From positions 1 to 64,000 of the IMG/VR virus record IMGVR_UViG_3300010157_000059: a stretch of 64,000 nt of DNA; one strand, written 5' to 3'. Below the pieces are notes generated by a model. That model made no database searches. It saw only the letters and a program-made list of their open reading frames with translations, and was not told the origin of the DNA. Positions 19,018-29,010 of the stretch are shown here, piece by piece. Position 1 is the first letter of the stretch. Every line of letters begins with the position of its first letter. Made by a program: the position numbers and the translations under genes. This DNA is from a virus.

Positions 19018-20396
19018 TGGCAGACGATACTGTTATACCTGTTGATTTTCAACACAATATCCAACCTACTGTTCCTACAACTCTGCAAGATGGTCAGTTT
19101 GGTCTTGTTCATAATGGTAAAACTTACTGGTACCAGGTTAGCGAAAACGGTAAAAACGTAGAGTTTTACACTAATAGTTACCTATTTGGGCAAATGATTA
19201 GTCCAACTCCAGATAATGGCATGTTTAATATGCGTGTAGACAGAAGCAGCGGCTTTGTTGAATCGCAAGCAGACAACTGGTTTCCTAAAAACGGTACTTT
19301 TCCTGTAGGTACTATTGTAAAATTAGAAGAATTTGATGTAGAAACAAAAGCTGACGGCACATTATCTAAAGTAAATTATGATGGCACGCACGCTATCTAT
19401 GCTCAAACTGTGAGCCGAGTTGAAGGTGTTGAGACTAATCCATTTACTGGGCAAACTTATGACAACAAACGCCCATCTGATTTTTTCTCTGTTGCTAACG
19501 CTTTAAGTTACTCTGCAAAATTTGGCACGTTTAACCCTCCTCCTCATAAATCTAGTAGAACTATTGCCCCAACTGCTTTTCCAAATCTTAAAGTAGGCCA
19601 AGGCGTAAGTGCTTCTACAATTGCAAACTTACAAAAAGTAAATAAAAGAGGGTTTTTTTATCAAGATGTAGATACTGCATTTGATAATGATGGGCATAAA
19701 AAACACCGAGGGCATCTTTGGGGGTTTCAATTTATGTACAACCCAACAACTATTAATTACACAAATAGTGTTTCTACCGGTATTGATTGGACTAATACCC
19801 AAGATGTTGCTACAGCTCTTTCTGGAAGCCAGCAATTTAACTTTACTTTATTTTTAAATAGGCTTATAGACGTGTCTATGTTGAAGGGCTACGACACAAC
19901 TATGGTATCAAAACAAAGTCGTGGTTCAGCACTGAACAATCCTTTAAATTACCTAGCTACTGGAACAGATGGTTCTTATGAGAGGACCCTTACAGCGGCT
20001 GACGCAACAGGTATCTTAACGCGAGGAACTGAGTATGACCTTGAGTATTTTTACCGAGTTATGAATGGTGACCCTTCTTTAGGACCTACTATGACTGCGC
20101 CAACTTCAGATTTTGGTTTTATGTCTGGCGTACCTGTTTGGCTTAAATTTAATGATAATGTTAGATATAAAGTAACTATCCAATCTATTTCAGTAAACCA
20201 TGTAATGTTTACTGAAGATATGGTCCCAGTTGTCACGGAAGTAACTCTGTCAATGATTCGTATTCCTACGCCAAAGCTCGGCCCTACTTCGGATATACAA
20301 ACTTGGTACGATCAACAATTTGGTATTAAGAAAGACGCTACTTGGCCTGGCATGCCTTACACTACAGGTACAGATTCTACAGATAGCGGAAACTAA
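19017..20396 (+). CDS. Tail tube initiator/baseplate protein
   Basis: FQFMYNP and ISVNHVMFTEDMVP motifs; follows the tape measure gene. Confidence 0.6.
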   Translation: MADDTVIPVDFQHNIQPTVPTTLQDGQFGLVHNGKTYWYQVSENGKNVEFYTNSYLFGQMISPTPDNGMFNMRVDRSSGFVESQADNWFPKNGTFPVGTIVKLEEFDVETKADGTLSKVNYDGTHAIYAQTVSRVEGVETNPFTGQTYDNKRPSDFFSVANALSYSAKFGTFNPPPHKSSRTIAPTAFPNLKVGQGVSASTIANLQKVNKRGFFYQDVDTAFDNDGHKKHRGHLWGFQFMYNPTTINYTNSVSTGIDWTNTQDVATALSGSQQFNFTLFLNRLIDVSMLKGYDTTMVSKQSRGSALNNPLNYLATGTDGSYERTLTAADATGILTRGTEYDLEYFYRVMNGDPSLGPTMTAPTSDFGFMSGVPVWLKFNDNVRYKVTIQSISVNHVMFTEDMVPVVTEVTLSMIRIPTPKLGPTSDIQTWYDQQFGIKKDATWPGMPYTTGTDSTDSGN

Positions 20397-20674
20397 TGAT
20401 AGATAACACAGGTCGCTATTCCGGCGGAATAATTGGAAACGTTTACGATAAGAGATCCCCCTCTGCAAGTACGTATGTTTATAGAGATTTTAAAGTTCCT
20501 TTTAATAACTCTTATGCTGAACACATCTTTAGAGAAGGTGACAGATTAGATGTTATTGCAGCTAAGATATACGGTGACTCAAAACTATGGGCAAAAATAA
20601 TGGACATTAATCCTGAAATTGCTGACCCTTTTTATATTAAACCAGGAACCGTTGTAAGGATCCCAGTTGACTAG
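20396..20674 (+). CDS. LysM / tail-X-like baseplate protein
   Basis: EGDRLDVIAAKIYGD..LW..IMD.NP...PG..VRIP. Confidence 0.85.
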   Translation: MIDNTGRYSGGIIGNVYDKRSPSASTYVYRDFKVPFNNSYAEHIFREGDRLDVIAAKIYGDSKLWAKIMDINPEIADPFYIKPGTVVRIPVD

Positions 20675-21485
20675 TGCAAAAGATAGAAAAGTTTTTTGGA
20701 GGATTAACTTTCCTAAATCCCCAAGTTTTAATATGTTTCTTCACTATGCTGAGGTACACCAGACACAAGCCCAGCATGATGTTTTAGTACTCTCTTTTAA
20801 AGGTTCGATACAAAATCACAGTACTAACAAAATTAAGGGTGGAGACCCAGTTAAATTTAACTGGTCTACGGGCCAAAACTTAGAACAAGAGTTTGTAGGT
20901 TTTGTGCACACTGTAGAAAAAAACGTAACCCCAAATAACACTTTTACAAAAGTTATCTGTGTAAATAACTCAGAACTATTAAAAGAATCCAGCAAACAAG
21001 TTCATCGTCCCCAAACTGCTGACAAGATCGTGTACAACCTTGCTCATAAGAGCGGGTTTTATCCAGACGTAGTAAAGCATTCTCTGATTAATGAGAGTAT
21101 TGCACAAGCAGGCCAATCGCATTGGCAGGTAATGCGTCAACTATCTTCTAAGACGGGGTATGCTTTGCGGGCTTCAAATACTACGGTAATTTTTAAACCA
21201 AAAGAACACATTATTAAAGAAAAATACCGATATGCCCCAGTATTTAGGCACTATGTCATGGGGCCTAGAGGCATAATTGGTCAGCAAACTCTTTTAAGTT
21301 TTACTGCTCAAGACTCTACTAGAACCCCAGAGCATGGTTCTCAGGGAGACTTACCTTTAGTACTACATAACAGTGATGGTAAAGAATACCGTTTTAAGCC
21401 TAATTGGAAAACCCAAAATGTATCAAGTCATAGCGTGTTTACTTACGCACCTATGGGTTGGAATGACGTTTATGAAGGACACTGA
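20667..21485 (+). CDS. Baseplate hub (gpD/gp27-like), N-terminal half
   Basis: FVGFV, QAGQSHWQVMRQL...GY motifs; position after LysM protein. Confidence 0.6.
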   Translation: MTSAKDRKVFWRINFPKSPSFNMFLHYAEVHQTQAQHDVLVLSFKGSIQNHSTNKIKGGDPVKFNWSTGQNLEQEFVGFVHTVEKNVTPNNTFTKVICVNNSELLKESSKQVHRPQTADKIVYNLAHKSGFYPDVVKHSLINESIAQAGQSHWQVMRQLSSKTGYALRASNTTVIFKPKEHIIKEKYRYAPVFRHYVMGPRGIIGQQTLLSFTAQDSTRTPEHGSQGDLPLVLHNSDGKEYRFKPNWKTQNVSSHSVFTYAPMGWNDVYEGH

Positions 21486-22057
21486 TGTTAGAGCAACATG
21501 ATCTTCACATTACGCATGAAGTTGTTAATGACCCTAGAAAAGCTGAAAGCATAGCAAAAGCTAAAGCTAGTCAATCTAGATACAGGTACTTGGCAAACGC
21601 CTTACTATTGGGGTACCCCAAATTAGAGCCCTATGACCCTATTTACCTAAAAGGTTTGCCTGATGGTATGGAAGGTATCTGGGTTGTTATCTCAGTTGTT
21701 CACACAATTAACAAAGGCATGCCGTACACAATGTCTGTTCATATTGGCTCTAATGACGAGTTATTGGCTCTTAAACCAGACTCTTTTGGAGATATCCTAG
21801 ATACCCGCCACCATATTAGGGCAGTAATTAATAGTGACCCGTTTAAAAAAACTGGGAACCACGTATTAAAGTCTAATGAGTTTACAATTACCCCTCTTTC
21901 AAAAGACCAGTCAACGCATGTTTCTAGTAGTCAAACTGCATTGTACAAAGTAGCAAATAAGACTGACACTGGAGAACAGGCAATTGTTCCTAACCCAACT
22001 ACTTACATCCCAGATATTGCTAGTAAAAAAGCACATATTCAATGGGTAAGGCAGTAA
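21485..22057 (+). CDS. Baseplate hub, C-terminal half
   Basis: G.P.L.P...IYL.G....G.W.V.SV.H motif typical of hub C-termini. Confidence 0.55.
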   Translation: MLEQHDLHITHEVVNDPRKAESIAKAKASQSRYRYLANALLLGYPKLEPYDPIYLKGLPDGMEGIWVVISVVHTINKGMPYTMSVHIGSNDELLALKPDSFGDILDTRHHIRAVINSDPFKKTGNHVLKSNEFTITPLSKDQSTHVSSSQTALYKVANKTDTGEQAIVPNPTTYIPDIASKKAHIQWVRQ

Positions 22058-22058
22058 A

Positions 22059-22355
22059 ATGGCATATTCAGATTACACAAAATATTCACTAGATCCTACG
22101 GATAAGCCAAGGTTTTTTGGAATCTACAGAGGTATTGTTAAAAACAATAACGACCCTTTAAACTCTAATAGGTTACAAGTTTCTGTCCCCCAGATCACAG
22201 GTACAGAGTCATTGGATTGGGCAGAACCATGCTTACCACCATTTTCTGGGACAATTTCTATTCCATTAGTTGGGGATAGAGTATGGGTTAGTTTTGAATC
22301 TGGTGATACTAGTTATCCCGTATGGGTGGGAATTCATACTGTAACTGCAGTATAG
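22059..22355 (+). CDS. Baseplate spike OB-fold protein (gp5/gpV N-terminal domain only)
   Basis: GIYRGIV.NN.DP...RLQV.VPQ...WAEPC...P.VGD.VWV.FE.GD..YPVW.G. Confidence 0.85.
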   Translation: MAYSDYTKYSLDPTDKPRFFGIYRGIVKNNNDPLNSNRLQVSVPQITGTESLDWAEPCLPPFSGTISIPLVGDRVWVSFESGDTSYPVWVGIHTVTAV

Positions 22356-22430
22356 ATTAAGGATTACATACATTATGGGTTCAGGTACACTTAGAAAAGC
22401 ATACTTTGTCAAAAAATTGGGAGTTCAATT

Positions 22431-22829
22431 GTGAAAGCTATTCGTTTTCCCTTTGAGATAGATAAATCTGGGAAGATTGTTTCTACTACTAATTCTATTA
22501 AAATTTACCAGGATAGAGTATTAACTCTTCTTTCTACGGTCGTATACCAACGCCCAATGATGCCAGAATATGGAGTAGACATTGCCAGAAGTCTCTACGA
22601 GACAATGGACAATGTGTATGGGTCAATTGGTGAGGCTATAACAAGGGCAATAGGCTATTCGCTTCCTTACATTAAACTTCAAGATGTATTAATTGACTTA
22701 AATTCACCAATAGAAACTGGAACAAACGTTACCGTGTTAATAGCCCTTCCGGACGGATCTGCTAGTGAGGTTAACGTTGCTTCCTCTACCTTCTTACCTA
22801 ATGGCGAAAAATATGGGAGAACATTATGA
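22431..22829 (+). CDS. Baseplate wedge/sheath initiator (gp25-like)
   Basis: FPF...LLST...RPMMPEYG motif. Confidence 0.85.
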   Translation: MKAIRFPFEIDKSGKIVSTTNSIKIYQDRVLTLLSTVVYQRPMMPEYGVDIARSLYETMDNVYGSIGEAITRAIGYSLPYIKLQDVLIDLNSPIETGTNVTVLIALPDGSASEVNVASSTFLPNGEKYGRTL

Positions 22830-24634
22830 AAATTCCACAAATTGATTACACTTCAAGAGACTATTTAACTATTAGAGATGATCTTATAAAAGTTGTTAAA
22901 AACAGAATTCCTGAATGGCAAGCAAATGAGGAATCTGACTTTACCCTTGCTTTAGTGGAAGCTTTTGCTTATCTAGGCGATAACTTGTCTTATTACCTAG
23001 ATCGTGCTGCAAATGAAGGTACTGTGCAATCTGCAACACAATTACAGAATATTCTTAACTTTGCTGAAGTTTCGGGATACCACGTATCTGGACGATCACC
23101 TTCGTACATTTCACTAACTTTTACAAATACTAGCGGCTCTACACTGAATCTTCCGATTGGAACTCAGGTTCGGGGGTATGTTGATACAGACACTTTTACG
23201 GAAATTTATTTTGAAACTTCCGCCCCAATTACGTCTCTGGCCAATGGCGCAAGCTCAACTGTTACTGCATTTGAAGGCTACGTCTCAAATACCTTATCAA
23301 GTAGCGGCCTAGACACTAACAACCTCCCACTTCCTGTTACTTTAGGAACTGCAAGTGGATACGCATATGCTGAGTTTATACTTCCTGAAGTTGGAATTAT
23401 TGATCTTTCTGTATCTGTTTACACAGGGCAAAGCACCTCATTTACTAAATGGCAATACGTATTAAATCTTTCCGAATACGGCCCATTAGATAGAGTCTTT
23501 ACAACTCGTGTAAATGCGGATAACACTGTGTCAGTTTTATTTGGCGATGGCGTTAATGGAAAAATTCCTGAAGTAGGTACCCCTGTAAGCGCACTGTACC
23601 GAGTAAGTGTCGGTATTTCTGGGAACTTAGCCCTGAATAGCCCGTCTTTGATTAATGCGGATGGAACCAGCGCCCTGTCCCTTACTTACGTTCCAGGACT
23701 ATCGCTATCTGGGGTAGGGGCGTTAGCTACAGTAATGCCAGTAAGTGCTTCAATTGGTGGCACAAATGGTGATATGCAAGAGCCTTATTACTCTATTCGT
23801 GGAAATATTCGCAAAGCTTTAAAGACTAAAAATCGCGCAGTTACCTTAAAAGATTACGAAGATTTAGCAGTTCTTGTACCTCGTGTTGGTAGGGCATCAG
23901 CAACTGCAAGCGTGTACACACAAGTTAATCTTTTTGTACAGCCACTTAATGATGGATCATCTACCCCCGGAGTTAAAAACGGAATTGAAGACACAACAGT
24001 ATTTAGTCCAATTAGGAATGCTTTAACAAGTTTTGTGGGTACACGATGCCCAGTAAACACCAAAATAAACATTAATCCCCCAACGTATGTCCCAATTTAT
24101 TTACACATGACTGTGTATATCAGGGACGGTTTTTCTCAGTCTGATGTACAGCTAGCTGTAGGCAGCCTTATGTTAGACAAAGACACAGGGCTATTTTCTT
24201 ATAATGGCTACGCTTTTGGTGAGGATGTAGTTCTTTCCGCAATCACCTATGAAGTTATGCGCCACCCAGCTGTAACTAACGTAATTATTAATGGGCTAGG
24301 TAAAATTTCTACGGGGTATGGGACTACCACAGTAAATGGAACAGGTGCCTCAAATTATACGCTTACCCTTAATAATATTGTAACAAGTACTTCTCCAGTA
24401 GCTGTTGGGCAATATATTTATGGAACAGGTATTCAAGCGGGAGCAAAAGTTGCTACAGTCACGCCATCAACTAACACCACTTCGGTAACCGTAGATAAAC
24501 TTCATACCGGTGCTGTATCGGGCACTGTGACGTTTTTTACTGGTGCGCCTGCAGATATCCCAATAGCGGTTTCAGAAATCCCTAGCTTGACAAATACGTA
24601 TACAACAATCGTGCTTTCAGGCGGTATTTCCTAA
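22826..24634 (+). CDS. Baseplate wedge protein (J/gp6-like)
   Basis: IDYTSRDY, FGDG.NG.IP, RAVTLKDYE motifs. Confidence 0.9.
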   Translation: MKIPQIDYTSRDYLTIRDDLIKVVKNRIPEWQANEESDFTLALVEAFAYLGDNLSYYLDRAANEGTVQSATQLQNILNFAEVSGYHVSGRSPSYISLTFTNTSGSTLNLPIGTQVRGYVDTDTFTEIYFETSAPITSLANGASSTVTAFEGYVSNTLSSSGLDTNNLPLPVTLGTASGYAYAEFILPEVGIIDLSVSVYTGQSTSFTKWQYVLNLSEYGPLDRVFTTRVNADNTVSVLFGDGVNGKIPEVGTPVSALYRVSVGISGNLALNSPSLINADGTSALSLTYVPGLSLSGVGALATVMPVSASIGGTNGDMQEPYYSIRGNIRKALKTKNRAVTLKDYEDLAVLVPRVGRASATASVYTQVNLFVQPLNDGSSTPGVKNGIEDTTVFSPIRNALTSFVGTRCPVNTKININPPTYVPIYLHMTVYIRDGFSQSDVQLAVGSLMLDKDTGLFSYNGYAFGEDVVLSAITYEVMRHPAVTNVIINGLGKISTGYGTTTVNGTGASNYTLTLNNIVTSTSPVAVGQYIYGTGIQAGAKVATVTPSTNTTSVTVDKLHTGAVSGTVTFFTGAPADIPIAVSEIPSLTNTYTTIVLSGGIS

Positions 24635-24698
24635 GTTTAAAAAGACTTATTTACAAAAATAAGTAATTATAGAAAAGATAAGTTTTTAAGGAGACTTT

Positions 24699-24974
24699 AT
24701 GACCACATTTCCCGGAGCAATAGTATCGTTTGGGCAAAATCACGTAGATTATTCTGACACAATTTATGCCGCACACGTTAATAACTTGCAAGATGAAGTG
24801 GTAGCTATTGAAACAAAACTAGGCACAGCCCTAGTTACCTCCACTTGGTCGGGTACTCCTAGTGAAGTTACTACTACTTGGACAAATGTTGCAGAACGTA
24901 TTAATAATATTGAAATTGGATTAAAAGCGTACGGGGGCTTTGCTCCTCATCCGTTTTTGCTGTCAGGAATGTAG
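24699..24974 (+). CDS. Small tail/fibre-associated protein
   Basis: AAHVNNLQDEVVAIETKLG motif; AAGGAG RBS. Confidence 0.6.
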   Translation: MTTFPGAIVSFGQNHVDYSDTIYAAHVNNLQDEVVAIETKLGTALVTSTWSGTPSEVTTTWTNVAERINNIEIGLKAYGGFAPHPFLLSGM

Positions 24975-24979
24975 GAAAA

Positions 24980-25291
24980 ATGGACATATCTTTACTCGCT
25001 AGTATTGTTGAAGTAGTTTCAGTAACTGTCGCTTTAATAGCGGCAATATGGGGCATCTGGCGAAGACTTGATCAAAGAAACACAGAATCTCGACTAGAAG
25101 TAGCAATTATTCAAGAAAGACTTGAATTTATTCAAACTCAATTTGGACCAAATGGCGGTGGTTTACGCCAAGCAGTAAACGAGATGTCTAGCAAGGTCGA
25201 TAATATTGAAGAAAAAGTGTACAATATTAGTCAGGACGTATCAAAGTTGTCTGGTGAATTTCACCAGCACATTGTTGAAACCAATAAATAA
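24980..25291 (+). CDS. Membrane-anchored coiled-coil protein (possible holin)
   Basis: N-terminal hydrophobic helix, PNGG motif, coiled coil. Confidence 0.5.
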   Translation: MDISLLASIVEVVSVTVALIAAIWGIWRRLDQRNTESRLEVAIIQERLEFIQTQFGPNGGGLRQAVNEMSSKVDNIEEKVYNISQDVSKLSGEFHQHIVETNK

Positions 25292-25310
25292 TCACTAGAA
25301 GGTATAACAC

Positions 25311-28300
25311 ATGAGCCTATATGGCAGCAGTATCTATGGAATATCTACCTATGGTGACTCAAAGTCTATTCCGTACAATATTGGGTTTACCGCAAACACT
25401 ATTGATTACAGAACTGTAATTCTTTCGTGGAAAACTACTGCTGTAAATGATGCAGATATAGTTTATGCCTGGAAAATTATTAAAACAGCTGGCGGAGCCC
25501 CAGATTACCCTAATCAAGGACAGCTAGTAACACAATTTGTTGATACAACTCCTTATGCAGGTAAGTCCATTACCTACTACTCACCTTACAAAGATGTAGA
25601 TGCCGTATTTCTTTCAAGCTCAATTATTACATATTCTTTTTGGGGACTAATTGGCGTTAACTCTACGGTAGCTACCTGGCAACTTTTAGGGGCTTCTGAT
25701 GCTGTCATTGTGGATGCTTTTACAGACGATACAACTCTAAGAATTTTAAAACTTCTTCCAGGAGCCTGGACTAGCAATGCTTCAGAAGCTTTGGGAGAGC
25801 CAGATACAGACACCCAGCTTTACAACTTTGTGGGCGCATTTGCTTTTTACTACGACAAGCTTCGGGCTCAAGCAGGAGCTATTAACAATCTTTCTGATTA
25901 TAGAAAATACCCTAAAGAATTGCTACCTTCTGCAGTCGTATCTCTAGGGTTTACCTATGAGCCTAAACTTGGAGATAGCTTTCATAGGTCTTTGTACAAA
26001 AATGGCCATCTTATTAATTCCCTTAAAGGAACTTACCTTGGTATTAATAACTACATTAAATCGTTGACACATTTTAAATCAATGATTTCTGTAGGTAGAA
26101 ATATGATGCTTGATTACTTACAGTCTTCTTTTGAAGGAGATGTAGGTACTTGGAAAGCTGACTCTATTAGCACGTTTGTTGCCGGAAGTCGTGCACAAAC
26201 GTCTTTATCTAAACCTACGTTAAGTCTTGCAGGGACGTACCTAACAGATGGTTATGGTGTACTCACTAGAACTTCAGCAGCTACAGGTAACCCAACTATA
26301 CTTTCCTATGGATCTTTAGCAGTAACCGACGTAACTACTAAAGGACTATTAGTTACCCCTGGCACACCATATTCATTTTCAGGATGGGCTTTATCACAGT
26401 CCAATAGCTCTATTACAGTTCAAGCTCAAATTCAATGGTTTGACTCAACAGGAAACTTATTAAGCACCTCGTCAGGAACTGCAGTTACCCTATCCACGTC
26501 TTCTTGGACAAAATTTGAATCTTCTAATACTTATTCTGCAGTCTTTGCACCAACAAAGGCTATGTATGCGGGGGTTAAAATTGTTACTTCCGCGATGGTT
26601 ATAACTAACTCTATCTACTTTGATAATTTTATGTTTTCTCCATATCCAGGTCTTATTGGTAATAGAGAGTTTGGTTCAGGTGACGCAATTTATGAAGACG
26701 CAAAAAATATCAATATAAATTTAGAAGGCTATCGTACAAATCTTGTTAGTAACCCTGGATTTGAAGATGGGGTTGGTTTTTGGAATTCCATAAATGGTAC
26801 TCTTCTATCTGACGATTCTCCAATAACAACCATTATGGCTGGAAGCACTAACGTAGGTAAGTTTATTTCTACCGCAGCGGATTCAAGCGCAGTTTATACC
26901 AACTGGATTAGAAATCTTAAACCTGGTACACAGTACACTTTTAGCGTATACGTCTTAGCCCCTTACAATAACTATAGAGCAACAGTAGGTATAGAATTTG
27001 ATATGCCTCAAAGCATAGAAGATCAAACTAAAGTTATTACGTCAACAACAACTGGCTATGAGGGTAAATACGTAGCGGCTGACCCTTCTTCTTGGAAAAC
27101 AAGTTCTTTACCAACTAGTTTGACTAATAACTCTTGGACACGAATATCAGTTACCGCTACTGCACCTGAATTTACAAAAATGAACGGCTTTAGCTCAGCA
27201 ATGCTTTCTGTTGAATTTAACGCTACTGCAGCAGATCAAATTTGGTATTTAGATTGCGCGTTATTTGAAGAAAGCCCCACAATAAACACTTATTTCCAGG
27301 GTAACGGAGGAGCTATTCCATCTTCCGTTGTTCCTCCTGGGGGAGCTATTGCCCCTATCATTACTGATGATCTTATCCCTGTAGGAGACACTGCTTGGGA
27401 AACTAAGGCACGTACTAATCTTATTGACAACCCTAGTTTTGAGGGCAACGTAACCACAGGGTGGACAGCTAAGGCTAACACAACAACATCATTTACTGTA
27501 GGTACGGCTAATCCTTCAGCTAAGTTTGGTACAAAAAGAGCAGAAATTGCTTACACCGGCACTACCATGCATAACTATGGTAGTCCTGAAGTATCTACAA
27601 CTTTTAACTACCCTTCAAAGGCTTCTACAGGAGGAGTACCTCCTTTTCCTACGGGCGGGGAATTAATAACAGCTTCAGCTTATATAGCACATGACTCTAT
27701 TTATACAATGACTGTTACGGTTACTTTTACAGATAACACTGCGTCTAGGACCAGTAGCCAAGTATTTAAAATACCTCCAGCAAGCACCACTACATCAACT
27801 GTTTCAAAATGGTACAGGGTAAACGTAACTGGAATAGTAGACAAGCCTTTATACGCTGGCCCTGCAGGAACACTGACTATTAACTTTAACTTCCCTTACG
27901 AATCAAATGGGAAAATTTACATTGACGGTGCTCAAGCTGAGTTTGGTAGCTACCCAACTACTTTTGTAAATATTCAGCCAGACGCCGCAGCTTTATCAGG
28001 AACTACCCAATACGCGACAAATTCAATTATGACTGGCGTAGGTAGAAGTTACTACTGGCCAAATATTGATTTAAAGTACTCTCGGTTAATAAATACTATT
28101 TCTGCGTATCTACCTATTGGTAGCACATACAAAGTTAATAAAGGCGTTTCTGCTACCCCTAAAGATGAAAATATCTCCTCAATTGCTCCGTCATATTCAT
28201 TTGAGAATAATCTTTATGGTTGGTCGGCATTAGAAAATAACACCATAATTAGGTACGTATCTAAAGGGTTTTTAAATGGCATAAAAGGGTACTCAAGTAC

Positions 28301-28697
28301 TTCTTGGCTACGTGCTCGAAACAGTTCTGGGTCAGGGGTTATTGGAGCTAAAGCTGAATTCCATGTCAATCCTGGAACTAAGTATCAGTTTGCCGCAAAA
28401 ATGTATGCCCCAACTACGTACCTAACACCTAGTAGAACAGGAACACCTAAAATTCAAGTAACTTTCTATACTGATAGTACTAAAGCTACAGCTGTAGGAT
28501 CAACAGTAGTTCTTACATCAGAAGTCTCTTCACGTAATCCAGAAGATAGATGGGCAGCATTATTTGGACAAACAGCTGCACCTACTCCAACAGCGTATTA
28601 CGCAGTATTAGAAATTATCTACACCCCTAGTGCGTTTAGCGGAACTGCTAACGACAATATTATTTACATAGACGACGTAATTGTAGTACCTGTGTAA
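25311..28697 (+). CDS. Large baseplate/tail protein (tail protein I-like domain plus several carbohydrate-binding-like modules)
   Basis: LKGT..GI motif; repeated NL..NP.FE...W starts and IYFDN / YLDCA / IYIDG / IYIDD ends. Confidence 0.75.
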   Translation: MSLYGSSIYGISTYGDSKSIPYNIGFTANTIDYRTVILSWKTTAVNDADIVYAWKIIKTAGGAPDYPNQGQLVTQFVDTTPYAGKSITYYSPYKDVDAVFLSSSIITYSFWGLIGVNSTVATWQLLGASDAVIVDAFTDDTTLRILKLLPGAWTSNASEALGEPDTDTQLYNFVGAFAFYYDKLRAQAGAINNLSDYRKYPKELLPSAVVSLGFTYEPKLGDSFHRSLYKNGHLINSLKGTYLGINNYIKSLTHFKSMISVGRNMMLDYLQSSFEGDVGTWKADSISTFVAGSRAQTSLSKPTLSLAGTYLTDGYGVLTRTSAATGNPTILSYGSLAVTDVTTKGLLVTPGTPYSFSGWALSQSNSSITVQAQIQWFDSTGNLLSTSSGTAVTLSTSSWTKFESSNTYSAVFAPTKAMYAGVKIVTSAMVITNSIYFDNFMFSPYPGLIGNREFGSGDAIYEDAKNININLEGYRTNLVSNPGFEDGVGFWNSINGTLLSDDSPITTIMAGSTNVGKFISTAADSSAVYTNWIRNLKPGTQYTFSVYVLAPYNNYRATVGIEFDMPQSIEDQTKVITSTTTGYEGKYVAADPSSWKTSSLPTSLTNNSWTRISVTATAPEFTKMNGFSSAMLSVEFNATAADQIWYLDCALFEESPTINTYFQGNGGAIPSSVVPPGGAIAPIITDDLIPVGDTAWETKARTNLIDNPSFEGNVTTGWTAKANTTTSFTVGTANPSAKFGTKRAEIAYTGTTMHNYGSPEVSTTFNYPSKASTGGVPPFPTGGELITASAYIAHDSIYTMTVTVTFTDNTASRTSSQVFKIPPASTTTSTVSKWYRVNVTGIVDKPLYAGPAGTLTINFNFPYESNGKIYIDGAQAEFGSYPTTFVNIQPDAAALSGTTQYATNSIMTGVGRSYYWPNIDLKYSRLINTISAYLPIGSTYKVNKGVSATPKDENISSIAPSYSFENNLYGWSALENNTIIRYVSKGFLNGIKGYSSTSWLRARNSSGSGVIGAKAEFHVNPGTKYQFAAKMYAPTTYLTPSRTGTPKIQVTFYTDSTKATAVGSTVVLTSEVSSRNPEDRWAALFGQTAAPTPTAYYAVLEIIYTPSAFSGTANDNIIYIDDVIVVPV

Positions 28698-28714
28698 GGG
28701 TGTATAGTGAGGGC

Positions 28715-28993
28715 ATGACTGAATTAATTATTGTCTCTTTGTCCACAGCATTTGTACTTACCGCTGTAGAAGAGTTACTTATTTCACTGGGCAAATGGCG
28801 TGGTCTTTTGGCCTTAGTAGTATCCCTATTTGCATCCTACTTTGTTATAGACCATACTTGGGGTCTCATAGTTTTTACGTCTTTTGCTGCATCCTTTTTA
28901 GGAATGACTTGCACTATGCTCGTAAGGACTTTGCTTGAGGTAAATGATCCACGTACACTACGAGGTGTGCCAAGGCGAGTACCGCCACTTTAA
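28715..28993 (+). CDS. Membrane protein
   Basis: Three hydrophobic segments; GAGGG RBS before ATG 28715. Confidence 0.6.
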   Translation: MTELIIVSLSTAFVLTAVEELLISLGKWRGLLALVVSLFASYFVIDHTWGLIVFTSFAASFLGMTCTMLVRTLLEVNDPRTLRGVPRRVPPL

Positions 28994-29010
28994 ATATCTA
29001 GGAGGGCTAG

